NCBI GenBank assembly: GCA_026397715.1 | Contig: JAPLUN010000685.1 | Span: 77 to 64,076 of the forward strand | Direction of reading: 5' to 3' | Source: Verrucomicrobiota bacterium | GTDB lineage: Bacteria; Verrucomicrobiota; Verrucomicrobiia; Verrucomicrobiales; Verrucomicrobiaceae | Length of the DNA stretch: 64,000 nt | Notes under the pieces: generated by a model | The model's database searches: none | What the model saw: the letters and a program-made list of their open reading frames with translations, nothing else | What the model was told of the DNA's origin: nothing | Shown: piece by piece, positions 35,398-45,803 of the stretch | Layout: every line of letters starts with the position of its first letter | How positions within the stretch are numbered: the stretch's first letter is position 1 | Program-made: the position numbers and the translations under genes

Positions 35398-36255
35398 ATG
35401 AATCCACTCGACGCTCAAATCACCAAATCCGCCGTACTTCTTGAAGCCCTGCCTTACATGCAGAGCTTCCGTGGCAGCACGTTTTTGATCAAGGTCGGCG
35501 GCAGTGCCATGGAAGACCCCGTGCAGGTGGATTCCTTCCTTCGCGACGTCGTCTTCCTCGAAGCCGTGGGCATCAATCCCGTCATCGTGCACGGTGGCGG
35601 CAAGGCGATCTCGAAAGCCATGACCGAGTCCGGACTGCAGGCCAAGTTCATCAACGGCATGCGTGTCACCGACGACGAAACGATCAAGATCGTTGAGGAA
35701 ACACTCGCCCGAGTGATCAACCCGGAGATCGTGACCAAGATCAATGCTTTTGGCGGCAAGGCCGTCGGCATTCCCGGCACGGAAGTCTTTCTGGGCGAAA
35801 AGATGAAAGGCGATCTCGGCTGGGTCGGCGAAGTCAACGACTGCAAGCTCGGGCTGATCCAAGCCGCTGTGGCCGGTGAATTCGTGCCCGTGGTTTCCCC
35901 CGTTGCCCGTGAGCTTGCCTCTGGCAAAACGCTCAATGTAAACGCCGATCTCGCGGCCTGCGGCTTGGCCAAGCGCCTCAAAGCAACAAAGCTCATCTTC
36001 CTCAGTGACGTACGTGGTGTGATGCGTGATCCAAAAGACGACACCACGCTGATCCCAAGTCTCGACGAGGCCTCCATCGCGAAGCTGAAAGCAGACGGCA
36101 TCATCAGCGGCGGCATGATTCCCAAGGTGGACTCTTCGCTCGATTCGCTGCGTGGCGGCGTGGGCAAGGTGCATCTCATCGACGGCCGTCTGCCGCATGC
36201 GCTGATTCTCGAAATCTTCACCGACGGCGGGATCGGCACCGAAATCCATTTGTAA
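35398..36255 (+). CDS. argB: Acetylglutamate kinase
   Basis: EALPY, IKVGG, VHGGG, GMRVTD, NVNAD, GGMIPKV, GIGT. Confidence 0.97.
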   Translation: MNPLDAQITKSAVLLEALPYMQSFRGSTFLIKVGGSAMEDPVQVDSFLRDVVFLEAVGINPVIVHGGGKAISKAMTESGLQAKFINGMRVTDDETIKIVEETLARVINPEIVTKINAFGGKAVGIPGTEVFLGEKMKGDLGWVGEVNDCKLGLIQAAVAGEFVPVVSPVARELASGKTLNVNADLAACGLAKRLKATKLIFLSDVRGVMRDPKDDTTLIPSLDEASIAKLKADGIISGGMIPKVDSSLDSLRGGVGKVHLIDGRLPHALILEIFTDGGIGTEIHL

Positions 36256-36262
36256 TCCTGAG

Positions 36263-37495
36263 ATGAGAACGAGTGATCAACTGATGCAGGAGTTTGTCCT
36301 GCCGAACTACGGTCGTTACAACGTTTGGCCGGTGCGTGGCGAAGGCCCGTACGTCTGGGATCGTGACGGGAAAAAGTATCTCGACTTCGCCGGCGGAGTG
36401 GCCGTGTGCCCGCTTGGTCACTGCCCACCCACCGTGGTGAAGGCGCTCACGGAGCAGGCAAACACGCTCATCCACGTTTCAAACTGGTACTGCATCGACA
36501 AGCAGGCCGAACTGGCGCGCATCCTCGTCGAAGAATGCGTCGGCATTGCCGGCAAGTGCTTCTTCTGCAACAGCGGCGCGGAGGCCAATGAAGGCCTGCT
36601 TAAGCTGGCGCGCAAATACGGGCAGCAGACCGGCGGTCGCTACGAGATCATCACCTTCACCGGTTCCTTTCATGGCCGCACTTTCGGTGCCATGACCGCC
36701 ACGGCGCAGGAGAAAATCCATGGAGGATTTGGTCCGCTGCCGCCTGGATTCGTCTATTCACCATTCAATGACATCGCGGCACTCGAAGCTGCGATCACCG
36801 ACAAGACGGTCGCCATTCTAGTGGAACCCATTCAGGGAGAGAGCGGCGTGAACGCCGTCAGTCCCGAGTTTCTGCGCGCCGCCCAGCGCTTATGCCGGGA
36901 GAAAGATCTACTCCTGCTGCTTGATGAAGTGCAGTGCGGCTTTGGCCGTGCAGGTGAGATGGCCGGCTGGCGCAGCATCATTCCAGGAGATGAAATTCAG
37001 CCCGATGGCATCAGCTGGGCCAAGGCCATTGGCAGCGGCTTCCCGCTGGGCTCGTTCTGGGTCAATGACCGCCGCGATCTGAGCAAGACACTCGGCCCAG
37101 GCACGCACGGCACCACCTATGGCGGCTCCCCCCTCGCCTGCGCCGTGGGCATCGCCACACTGCGCACGATTTTGGACGAGCATCTCTGCGACAATGCCAA
37201 AGCTCGCGGAGCCGCCATCGCAGCCGCGGCGTGCACTTGGAATCACGTGCTGATCAAAGAAGTGCGCCAGCTCGGCCTGTTCATCGGCTTTGAACTCAAT
37301 GCCGAAGCCATCGCCACGAAATCCGGCGGCAAGCTGCCCTCCATCTTCCTTGCTCAGCAATTGCTCGATGCCGGCATGATGGTCACCCCCGCCGGCCCCA
37401 ATGTCGTGCGCTGGCTCTCACCGCTGAACATCACCGCAGCCCATGCCGACGAAGGGCTCGCCATCTTCAAGAGCGTGCTCGATCAGCTCGCGTAA
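36263..37495 (+). CDS. argD: Acetylornithine aminotransferase
   Basis: YLDFAGGVAV..LGH, NSGAEANE, FHGRT, EPIQGESG, DEVQCG.GR, AKAIG; located within the arg cluster. Confidence 0.95.
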   Translation: MRTSDQLMQEFVLPNYGRYNVWPVRGEGPYVWDRDGKKYLDFAGGVAVCPLGHCPPTVVKALTEQANTLIHVSNWYCIDKQAELARILVEECVGIAGKCFFCNSGAEANEGLLKLARKYGQQTGGRYEIITFTGSFHGRTFGAMTATAQEKIHGGFGPLPPGFVYSPFNDIAALEAAITDKTVAILVEPIQGESGVNAVSPEFLRAAQRLCREKDLLLLLDEVQCGFGRAGEMAGWRSIIPGDEIQPDGISWAKAIGSGFPLGSFWVNDRRDLSKTLGPGTHGTTYGGSPLACAVGIATLRTILDEHLCDNAKARGAAIAAAACTWNHVLIKEVRQLGLFIGFELNAEAIATKSGGKLPSIFLAQQLLDAGMMVTPAGPNVVRWLSPLNITAAHADEGLAIFKSVLDQLA

Positions 37496-37508
37496 AACCC
37501 GCCATGAT

Positions 37509-38411
37509 ATGAAACACCTCCTTTCCATCGAAGAACTGACCCGGGAACAAATCGAGAGAATCGTCGATCTGGGCTGCGTGCTGAAAAAGGACCGCAAGGC
37601 ATCACCCCAGGTGCTCACCGGCCAGCAGTGGGCGCTCATTTTTAGCAAGTCTTCGACACGCACGCGGGTCAGCTTCGAAGTAGGCATTCGCGAACTGGGC
37701 GGCGCAGTGATGTTCCTTTCCAGCGCCGACATTCAGCTTGGCCGCGGCGAACCGATCAAGGACACCGCACGGGTGATGGGCCGCATGATTCATGGCGCGG
37801 TCATCCGCACCTTCGCCCAGCAGGATGTGGTGGATTTCGCCAAATACAGCGGCATCCCCACGATCAACGCCCTGACCGATGACGAGCACCCCTGCCAGGT
37901 GCTCGCGGATTTGCAGACGATTCAGGAACGCCTCGGCGGCTGGAAGGGCAAACGCATCTGCTTCTTGGGCGATGGCGACTGCAACATGGCCCGCTCCTGG
38001 ATCTGGGCCTCCGTGCATCTCGGCTTTGAACTCGTCATCGGAGCCCCCAAGGCGTTTCAACCGCAGGAAAGCTTCATGCATCGTGTGCCCGGCAACACCG
38101 TGAGCATTGTCGATGATCCTGCCGAAGCCGTGGGTGCCTGCGATGTCGTTTACACCGACGTCTGGGTCAGCATGGGCAAGGAAGCCGAAAGCGCCGACCG
38201 CATCGAGACTCTCAAGCCCTGGCAGATCAACTCCGCCCTCATGAAGCACGCCAACCCTGGCGCACTCGTCATGCACTGCCTGCCCGCCTACCGCGGCAAG
38301 GAAATCACCGAGGAAGTCATGGAAGCCCACGCCGATTTGATCTTCGATCAGGCTGAAAACCGTCTGCATGCGCAGAAGGCCATCATTGTGGAGCTCACGC
38401 GGAAAAGTTGA
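37509..38411 (+). CDS. argF: Ornithine carbamoyltransferase
   Basis: STRTR, HPCQ, YTDVWVSMG, HCLP, QAENRLH. Confidence 0.97.
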   Translation: MKHLLSIEELTREQIERIVDLGCVLKKDRKASPQVLTGQQWALIFSKSSTRTRVSFEVGIRELGGAVMFLSSADIQLGRGEPIKDTARVMGRMIHGAVIRTFAQQDVVDFAKYSGIPTINALTDDEHPCQVLADLQTIQERLGGWKGKRICFLGDGDCNMARSWIWASVHLGFELVIGAPKAFQPQESFMHRVPGNTVSIVDDPAEAVGACDVVYTDVWVSMGKEAESADRIETLKPWQINSALMKHANPGALVMHCLPAYRGKEITEEVMEAHADLIFDQAENRLHAQKAIIVELTRKS

Positions 38412-38419
38412 ATCCAGCC

Positions 38420-39232
38420 ATGAGCCCACCCGTCACCGCCAGCAGCCCTCTAGGCGTTTTTGACTCCGGCGTTGGCGGACTGACCGTCGTGCGGGCGCTG
38501 CGGGATCTGCTGCCTAATGAGTCGATCGTTTATCTCGGCGACACGGCGCGTGTACCGTATGGCTCCAAATCTCCGGATACAATCCGGCGCTTCTCGATGG
38601 AGGACACCCAGTTCCTCGTCTCCCATGGAGTGAAGGCCGTGGTAGTGGCGTGCAACACAGCCACCGCGCATGCCCTGCCGCTGCTCCAGGCCACATTTCG
38701 TGTTCCAGTGATCGGTGTGCTCGGACCCGGGGTGGAGGCAACTCTCGCCGACGCCACTTGCGAACGCGTGGGCATCATCGGCACGGCGGGCACGATCCGC
38801 AGTCATGCCTATCAGCATGAGATCGCCATGCGGCGGCCAGACATCATGATCGAGGCGCGTGCCACCCCTCTCTTGGTGCCGTTCGTGGAGGAAGGCTGGA
38901 CCGATCATCCGGCGCTCAAGTCAGTGCTGCGTGAGTATTTGAAGCCGATGCTCGACAAGGGCATCGACACCCTGGTGCTGGGCTGCACCCACTATCCGCT
39001 GCTGATTCCAGTGCTGAAGCGCATGCTGGGGCAGAAAGTGCGCCTCGTGGACTCCGCCAGCACCTGCGCGGCGCATGTGAAAGCCAGCCTTGAACAGGGC
39101 GGCCTGCTGCGGACGACCAAATCGAAACCCACGCTCGACATCTACCTCACCGATCATTCCGAACAGGCGGAAAACCTCGCCAAGCGCTTCCTGGGCACGG
39201 ATTTCGGCAAGGTGAAGAAGGCCGTCGTTTGA
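38420..39232 (+). CDS. murI: Glutamate racemase
   Basis: FDSGVGGLTV, PYG, VACNTA, LGCTHYP. Confidence 0.97.
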   Translation: MSPPVTASSPLGVFDSGVGGLTVVRALRDLLPNESIVYLGDTARVPYGSKSPDTIRRFSMEDTQFLVSHGVKAVVVACNTATAHALPLLQATFRVPVIGVLGPGVEATLADATCERVGIIGTAGTIRSHAYQHEIAMRRPDIMIEARATPLLVPFVEEGWTDHPALKSVLREYLKPMLDKGIDTLVLGCTHYPLLIPVLKRMLGQKVRLVDSASTCAAHVKASLEQGGLLRTTKSKPTLDIYLTDHSEQAENLAKRFLGTDFGKVKKAVV

Positions 39233-39292
39233 AGCAGCCTATGGCAATCTCAAATTGCCCGGCGGTGAAGACTCGCTAGCCTGACCCACCTC

Positions 39293-40414
39293 ATGTTCCC
39301 GCGCATTTTTGACCGCTATCTTGGCCGCCAGGTCGCATCAGCCACGCTGATCGGCGTGGCGCTGCTCAGTGGCGTGATGGTTTTGGGCAATGTGTACAAA
39401 AAGCTGGACCAGCTCCTGGGCAACACAGAGCTGCCGACTTCAGTGATCGCGGAGTTCGTGATGCTGGTCATTCCATTCTCGCTCATTTTCACCATTCCCT
39501 GGGCGTTCCTGACCGGGATCCTGCTCGTGTTTGGCCGTCTGTCTGCCGACAACGAACTGGTCTCCTTACGCATGACCGGCATGTCCATGCCGCGCATCTG
39601 CGCCCCTGTCTTTGTCCTGGCCATCGCGCTGAGCGGCATTTGCCTGTGGGTGAATGTGAGCCTCGCACCGGCGGCGAAGGATCGCATGAAGCGGCTGTTT
39701 TATCAGGTGGCTGTGAAGAATCCTGAAACCCTGTTCCAGGAGGGCCAGGTGCTGGAGCGCGTGCCCGGCTACCGCATTTACACCAGCAAGCGTCATGACA
39801 AGACCCTCACAGACATGCACATCGTCATGCTTAAGGGCGCCGAGGCCAGCACCTACATCCACGCCAACAAAGCGACCCTTCACACTACTCCCGGATCGAT
39901 CGATCTGCAGATGGAACTCGAAGGCATGACGGAAGAGACCGTGCCTGTCGATGGGCAGGGCCAGCTCGGCGGACTGGCCATGAACAAGCAGTGGTTGAAA
40001 CTGCCGCTCTCAGAAATGCAGAAGGACACCGTGCGGGTGAATGCCAGCATGAAGACCACCAGCGCACTGGCCGAGGAAGTGCGCACCTGGAAGGATACGG
40101 TCACCGGCGAAGCACTGACACCTGTGTCGCGCTCCCTCTCGCTCACTGAACTGAGCAAACGCTACAGCTTCTCGATGGCCTGCTTCACTTTCGCACTGGT
40201 GGGCATTCCGCTGGGGGTGACCGCGCAACGCCGTGAGACCTCTTCGGGCTTCGCCCTCAGCTTGATCACCGCCACGGTTTACATCGTCTTCATCATTCTG
40301 GCAGACACGCTCAATGACAAACCGGCGGCGATGCCGCACCTCATCATGTGGCTGCCCAATGTGATCTTCCTTGGCATGGGCGGCTGGTTGTTCTACAAGC
40401 TCAGCCGCAAGTAA
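39293..40414 (+). CDS. LptF/LptG family LPS export permease
   Basis: IFDRY start, 3 TM + periplasmic domain + 3 TM, GRLSADNELVSL, WLPN. Confidence 0.9.
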   Translation: MFPRIFDRYLGRQVASATLIGVALLSGVMVLGNVYKKLDQLLGNTELPTSVIAEFVMLVIPFSLIFTIPWAFLTGILLVFGRLSADNELVSLRMTGMSMPRICAPVFVLAIALSGICLWVNVSLAPAAKDRMKRLFYQVAVKNPETLFQEGQVLERVPGYRIYTSKRHDKTLTDMHIVMLKGAEASTYIHANKATLHTTPGSIDLQMELEGMTEETVPVDGQGQLGGLAMNKQWLKLPLSEMQKDTVRVNASMKTTSALAEEVRTWKDTVTGEALTPVSRSLSLTELSKRYSFSMACFTFALVGIPLGVTAQRRETSSGFALSLITATVYIVFIILADTLNDKPAAMPHLIMWLPNVIFLGMGGWLFYKLSRK

Positions 40415-40426
40415 AAGCGGCCCGTC

Positions 40427-41725
40427 TTATTTCTTCATCAAGCCCATGACCGCCGAGGTCATCGCTGTCACGCCAGTCTCGATGCTTGGCTCAGGAACAG
40501 GTTTGAAATACGGCGAATGCAGCGATGGTAGCGAGGTGCCCTTGGCTTTGGCTGCGGCCACCATTGCAGGCGGCTGCGTGCCGAGCCAGAACATGCACAG
40601 CGGCACCTTGTCCTTCGTCATGCCGTATTCGGAGAAATCTTCCGCTCCCATGACAGGCTCGCGCGTGAGGACATTGTCTGCACCGATGGCCGCCCCGATG
40701 AACCCGCGCACCTCCTGACACAGCTCCGGCTGGTTGTAGAGCGCCGTGGCGCTGTCATCTGACACGAGCACCTCCGGCATCTTGTCCGCGGGCATGCTGG
40801 CGGACTCGGCCTGGGCTTTGACGATGCGCTTGATGGAGTCAATCAGGTGCTGCCGCGTTTCCTTTTTGTAGCTGCGCAACGTAAGTTGCAGGCGCACTTC
40901 GTCGGAGATGATGTTGCTCTTCGTGCCCCCATGAATGCTGCCCACCGTGATCACCGCCGGATCTCCAGGTCTCACCTCACGGCTGACGATGGTCTGCAAG
41001 GCCAGCACGATCTGTGACGAGAGCACGATGGGGTCTTTGCAGAGGTGCGGCATCGAGCCATGCCCGCCCACGCCCTTCACCACGATTTCCACGGAGTCCA
41101 CATTCGCCAACGCAAAACCTTCCACAATACCAACCGTGCCATGCGCCATGTCAGAGGAGCAATGCAGTGCGATGGCTTTGTCAGGCTTGGGAAATTTCGA
41201 GAAGAGTCCCGCGCGCAGCATGAACCGTGCACCCAACACCCGCTCCTCTGCCGGCTGACCGATCATGACAATCGTTCCATTCCACTGATCCCGCAGTTGC
41301 ACCAAGGCCCGCGCCGTTCCCACAAAGCTGGCCATGTGCACATCATGGCCGCAGGCATGCATCACATTGACCTCACGCCCGAGATCGTCCTTCACCACCT
41401 TCGTGCTCGCATAGGGAGCCTCCGTCTGCTCCTTCACCGGCAGCGCATCGAGATCCGTGCGCACCAGAATCACTGGACCTTCCCCGTTCTTTAAAACTCC
41501 CACAACACCATGACCGCCGACGTTCTCGGTGACTTCGAGTCCAGCCTCACGCAGTTCTTTGGCGATGCGCGCAGCCGTTTCGGTCTCATGCAGCGACAGC
41601 TCTGGATTCGTGTGCAGCTCTTTGTAGAGCGTCACGAGTGATGGCAGTTCCTTTTTCACCACCGAAGAGACATCGGCAGCAGCAAGAGATGACCCGACCA
41701 GCAAAGAGAGCAAAAGCGGTTTCAT
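40427..41725 (-). CDS. M20D amidohydrolase with signal peptide
   Basis: LHTNPELS, RTDLDALP, MHACGHDVH, QPAEE, GGHG, GAEDF, LHSP. Confidence 0.93.
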   Translation of the reverse strand: MKPLLLSLLVGSSLAAADVSSVVKKELPSLVTLYKELHTNPELSLHETETAARIAKELREAGLEVTENVGGHGVVGVLKNGEGPVILVRTDLDALPVKEQTEAPYASTKVVKDDLGREVNVMHACGHDVHMASFVGTARALVQLRDQWNGTIVMIGQPAEERVLGARFMLRAGLFSKFPKPDKAIALHCSSDMAHGTVGIVEGFALANVDSVEIVVKGVGGHGSMPHLCKDPIVLSSQIVLALQTIVSREVRPGDPAVITVGSIHGGTKSNIISDEVRLQLTLRSYKKETRQHLIDSIKRIVKAQAESASMPADKMPEVLVSDDSATALYNQPELCQEVRGFIGAAIGADNVLTREPVMGAEDFSEYGMTKDKVPLCMFWLGTQPPAMVAAAKAKGTSLPSLHSPYFKPVPEPSIETGVTAMTSAVMGLMKK

Positions 41726-41770
41726 GGGATGCATTAAGCCGATGATCCCGGCGTCTTGCAAGGATCAAGG

Positions 41771-42919
41771 TTATTTGCGAGCGGCCTCTTCCCTGCGCTG
41801 CAGTTCGCGCTGGGCCTCGCGTTCGAGCTCCTCTCTTTTCAGCCTGGTGATTTCTTCGGTCACGTCTGCCTGTGCCATCGAATGATCGCCACTCTCGATC
41901 ATTTTGACGAGTTCATCATGCTTCTTTTGAATCCGGGCGACGTCAGCCATGTAACCTAAACGTCTCGCTTCGTTGAGCTGCTTTTCCAGCTGCGCCAGCT
42001 GCTTTTCCTCCATGCTGTTCGCCCGACCGGCCAGCAACAATTGTATTTCTTGGTCAGCCTGTGAGACTTTTTTGTCAGGCTTGCTCACGCTCGGAGAGAA
42101 ACCCATGGACCCCATCCACTCCGCACACCTCTCCGGCCAGGCATTGATGGGCTGCTTGTTGTCGCGCATGCCGAAGCCATGACCGCCTTTGGTGAAGAGA
42201 TGAACTTCGCACGGGATGCCGAGTTTTTTATGCTCGAGGTATAGCACGGTGGCGGCAGTGGGGTTATGGCCATCATCATGAGCACAGGCGAGGAACATGG
42301 GCGGAGCGTCCTTTGGTACGGTAAAGCCTTCCTTGAGTTTGGTGGGATCTTTAAAATCCACGAAACCACCGCCGTAGATCATGATGCCAAAATCCGGCAG
42401 CTCGGTCTTCGTGGCGCGGTCACAGGCGATGTGGGCGAGCAAGTTTCCTCCCGCACTGAAACCCAGCAGACCAACACGCTTCGGATCGAGATTCCATTCC
42501 TTGGCATGTTCGCGAACAATCGTGATCGCCCGGGCAGCATCGGCCACCGGCTTTTCATGCGGCGCGGTTTCATCGCGCGTCGGCGTGCGGTATTTGAGCA
42601 GGACGCCGGTGACACCGAGGGTGTTGAGCCATTCGCAAACCTGGCTGCCTTCGTGAATGGCGGAGAGGAAGACAAAGCCGCCGCCGGGAGCGACAATGAC
42701 GCTGGTGCCATTGGGTTTCTCCGGACGATACACGGTGATCGTGGGATCGTGAATGTCGGTGATGGTGCTTTTGCCGGCCTTGGTGCGGATAAAGTCCTCC
42801 GTGCCCTTGGAGTGCGGCAGCATCTGGCCGGGTGCGCCGTCGGGCCAGAGCTTGAGTTCAAGGGGATCGGCTGCGCACAAGCAAGCGGGAGCAATGAGCA
42901 GGAGGAGAAGATGTTTCAT
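41771..42919 (-). CDS. Secreted alpha/beta hydrolase (acetylxylan esterase/BD-FAE-like) with coiled-coil C-terminal extension
   Basis: PGGGF, GFSAGG nucleophile, AHDD, GGHGFG; then about 110 aa charged helical tail. Confidence 0.88.
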   Translation of the reverse strand: MKHLLLLLIAPACLCAADPLELKLWPDGAPGQMLPHSKGTEDFIRTKAGKSTITDIHDPTITVYRPEKPNGTSVIVAPGGGFVFLSAIHEGSQVCEWLNTLGVTGVLLKYRTPTRDETAPHEKPVADAARAITIVREHAKEWNLDPKRVGLLGFSAGGNLLAHIACDRATKTELPDFGIMIYGGGFVDFKDPTKLKEGFTVPKDAPPMFLACAHDDGHNPTAATVLYLEHKKLGIPCEVHLFTKGGHGFGMRDNKQPINAWPERCAEWMGSMGFSPSVSKPDKKVSQADQEIQLLLAGRANSMEEKQLAQLEKQLNEARRLGYMADVARIQKKHDELVKMIESGDHSMAQADVTEEITRLKREELEREAQRELQRREEAARK

Positions 42920-43056
42920 TAAGTCATTTAAGCCGAGGCCAGCCCTCCCTGACAAGTCTCAAAGCAATTGGCTGGCGACCTCTTTGAGGTGTGAAGAATA
43001 AACGTCTCCAAAAGTTTGATGCGCAGGTCGAGCCACTGGCACCGTTGTTTGCCTAC

Positions 43057-44268
43057 ATGATTAAATCTCTTTCACTCCTGATCCTCGGCACTGCCATCGC
43101 CAATGCAGAGCTGCGGGTGGTCACAGACTTTGAAGGCGGCAATGCGGAGGTGCTGACGCTTGATCAGGCGGCGGCAAAGCTGCGCATCATGCCCGCGCTT
43201 CATGAAGGGCGTGGCTGGCCCTGCTGGTGGTTCCTGCGGCTGGACGGCACTACTCCAGGACAGAAGATCACGCTGGAAGTGCAGGGGCAGACGCGGCCTT
43301 TTCGTGCTGACACCGTGCTGGCCTCTTCCTGGTGCCAGCCGGACCAGGCGGTGCTGAGTCATGATGGCAAAACCTGGCAGCAGACCATCAAAGCGGAGCG
43401 CACCGCAGACAAGGTGACGGTGTACCAAATGCAGGCGGGAGGTCCCAGCCTCTGGCTGGCCTGGGGCCCGCCGTTTACGCCAGCAACGGCAGAGAGTGTG
43501 CTGGCCGGGGTGAAAGCGAAGCTGGGAGAGGAAGCGGAGCGCTTTGAACTCGCCAAAACGCGCGATGGCCGGGCGGTGAACGGCATTCGCATCGGCAAGC
43601 CCAACGCGCCACGTCAGGTATGGGTGAATGCGCGCCAGCACGCCTGGGAGGCAGGCGGCGCGTGGGTGGGGCGCGGCTTCGTGGAATGGCTCGCGAGCGC
43701 GGAGGCTCAAGATTTTCGCAAGCGCTGCTGCGTGCATTTCATTCCCATCATGGACGTGGACAATGTGACCCTCGGCGCAGGCGGCAAGGAGTCGCTGCCG
43801 CAGGATCACAACCGCGACTGGTCGGACGCACCGTATCACCCCGAAGTGACCGCAGCACAAAAGCGCATCTCCGAGATCCAGGCCACTCACGGGCTGAATG
43901 TGTTTCTGGACCTGCACAATCCCGGCCCCACGGATCGTGCGCCGTATTTCTTCGGCCCGTTCGGCTTTGAGCGCATGACCGGGGTCCAACGTGAAAACTA
44001 CCAGCGCTGGATGGATCTGGCAGCAGCGCACCTCACTGGACCGTTGAAGGTGGAGCCAAAGTACCGCTATGCCACGTATGTGAAGACGGAGGAGGAACGC
44101 GGCCGCATGAGCAGTGGCTGGGCCCGCGCGCATGGCGGTGAAGGCACGATTTCCATCACGCTGGAAACAGCTTGGAACACACCCAACAGTACAGCGGAGA
44201 ACTACATGACTGTGGGCGGTCAACTGGCCCGCGTGTTGGACGCCTACCTGAAAGAGCCGCAGCATTGA
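43057..44268 (+). CDS. M14-family zinc carboxypeptidase (CCP-like) with signal peptide
   Basis: DFEGGN, ARQHAWE (HxxE), NRDW, LDLH, terminal LET. Confidence 0.85.
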   Translation: MIKSLSLLILGTAIANAELRVVTDFEGGNAEVLTLDQAAAKLRIMPALHEGRGWPCWWFLRLDGTTPGQKITLEVQGQTRPFRADTVLASSWCQPDQAVLSHDGKTWQQTIKAERTADKVTVYQMQAGGPSLWLAWGPPFTPATAESVLAGVKAKLGEEAERFELAKTRDGRAVNGIRIGKPNAPRQVWVNARQHAWEAGGAWVGRGFVEWLASAEAQDFRKRCCVHFIPIMDVDNVTLGAGGKESLPQDHNRDWSDAPYHPEVTAAQKRISEIQATHGLNVFLDLHNPGPTDRAPYFFGPFGFERMTGVQRENYQRWMDLAAAHLTGPLKVEPKYRYATYVKTEEERGRMSSGWARAHGGEGTISITLETAWNTPNSTAENYMTVGGQLARVLDAYLKEPQH

Positions 44269-44292
44269 GGCCGATACCTCCCCTGCCCAGCC

Positions 44293-45747
44293 ATGCATCC
44301 TCTCGACGCCAATCGCCTCCACCTGACCCGCCGTTCCCTCTTTGGGAAAACGGCCATGGGAATTGGTGGTGCGGCGCTGGGCGGACTGCTGACACGAGAA
44401 GGTTTTGCAGCGCAGCAGCCGGATGCCTTGGCACCGGCGCTGCCGCATTTCGCGCCGAAGGCAAAACGGGTGATCTATCTGCTGCAAAACGGCGCGCCCT
44501 CGCATGTGGACCTGTTTGATTACAAACCGATGCTCAAGAAGATGCACGGCACTCAAATTCCGGACAGCATCGCAGCAGGCAAACGCTTCAGCACCATGAC
44601 GGGCGGCCAGACGGCGAGGCCGGTGCTTGGTGAGATCTCGAACTTTTCACGCCATGGCCGCAGCGGCGCAACGGTGAGCGACTTCCTGCCGCACACGGCG
44701 GCGATGGCGGACGAGCTTTGCTTCATCAAATCCCTGCACACCACGCAGGTGAATCATGCGCCGGCCATCACGTTTTTCATGACCGGCAGCGAACAGGCTG
44801 GCCGACCGGCGATTGGCTCATGGCTGAGCTACGGCCTCGGCAGTGATGCGGAGGACATGCCTGCCTTTGTGGTGATGACCTCGCGCGACAAGGAGGCGAG
44901 CTGCGGCCAGATCTTCTATGACTTCTACTGGGGCAGCGGCTTCCTCCCATCGAAGTATCAGGGTGTGAAATTTCGCGGCAGTGGCGATCCCGTTTTGTAT
45001 CTGAGCAATGCAGACGGCATGAGCCGTGAGGTGAAGCGCACCATTCTGGATGGCATTGCTGGATTCAACGAGATGAAGCTTCGTGAGTTTGGCGATCCTG
45101 AGATCGCCACGCGCATCGCGCAGTACGAGATGGCCTGCAAGATGCAGACGAGCGTGCCGGAGCTGACGGACTTCTCCGACGAGCCCAAGCACATCCTCGA
45201 CATGTACGGCCCGGACGTGATGCGGCAGGGCAGCTACGCCTACAACTGCCTCATGGCGCGTCGTCTCGCCGAGCGCGGCGTGCGCTTTGTTCAGCTGATG
45301 CACGCAGGCTGGGACCAGCACCGGAATCTGAACACGCAGCTCAAGATTCAATGCACCGACACCGATGCACCGAGTGCCGCACTGGTGAAGGACCTCAAGC
45401 AACGCGGCCTGCTGGAAGACACCCTGGTCATCTGGGGTGGCGAATTTGGCCGCACGCCCTTCCTCCAGGGTAAGATCGAGGACACCAAGCAGTGGGGCCG
45501 CGACCACCACCCCTACGTGTTCACCGTCTGGATGGCCGGTGGCGGCGTGAAGCCCGGCATGACCTACGGCGAGAGCGATGAATTCGGCTTCAACGTCGCG
45601 AAAGACGGTGTCCATGTGCACGATTTCCAGGCCACCCTGATGCACCTTCTCGGCATCGACCACGAACGCTTCACCTTCCGCTTCCAGGGCCGCCAGTTCC
45701 GCCTGACGGATGTGCATGGCAGCGTGGTCAAGCCGGTGCTGGCTTGA
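44293..45747 (+). CDS. DUF1501 domain protein (intact, Tat-like leader)
   Basis: TRRSLF leader, HFAPKAKRVIYL, ARRLAERGVRFVQL, WDQH, GEFGRTP, GRDHH. Confidence 0.92.
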   Translation: MHPLDANRLHLTRRSLFGKTAMGIGGAALGGLLTREGFAAQQPDALAPALPHFAPKAKRVIYLLQNGAPSHVDLFDYKPMLKKMHGTQIPDSIAAGKRFSTMTGGQTARPVLGEISNFSRHGRSGATVSDFLPHTAAMADELCFIKSLHTTQVNHAPAITFFMTGSEQAGRPAIGSWLSYGLGSDAEDMPAFVVMTSRDKEASCGQIFYDFYWGSGFLPSKYQGVKFRGSGDPVLYLSNADGMSREVKRTILDGIAGFNEMKLREFGDPEIATRIAQYEMACKMQTSVPELTDFSDEPKHILDMYGPDVMRQGSYAYNCLMARRLAERGVRFVQLMHAGWDQHRNLNTQLKIQCTDTDAPSAALVKDLKQRGLLEDTLVIWGGEFGRTPFLQGKIEDTKQWGRDHHPYVFTVWMAGGGVKPGMTYGESDEFGFNVAKDGVHVHDFQATLMHLLGIDHERFTFRFQGRQFRLTDVHGSVVKPVLA

Positions 45748-45803
45748 GCGATGTCTCACATCCCGGTTGCATCCCGCTCCCGCCGAGTGTTTGAGTCGTT
45801 TCA

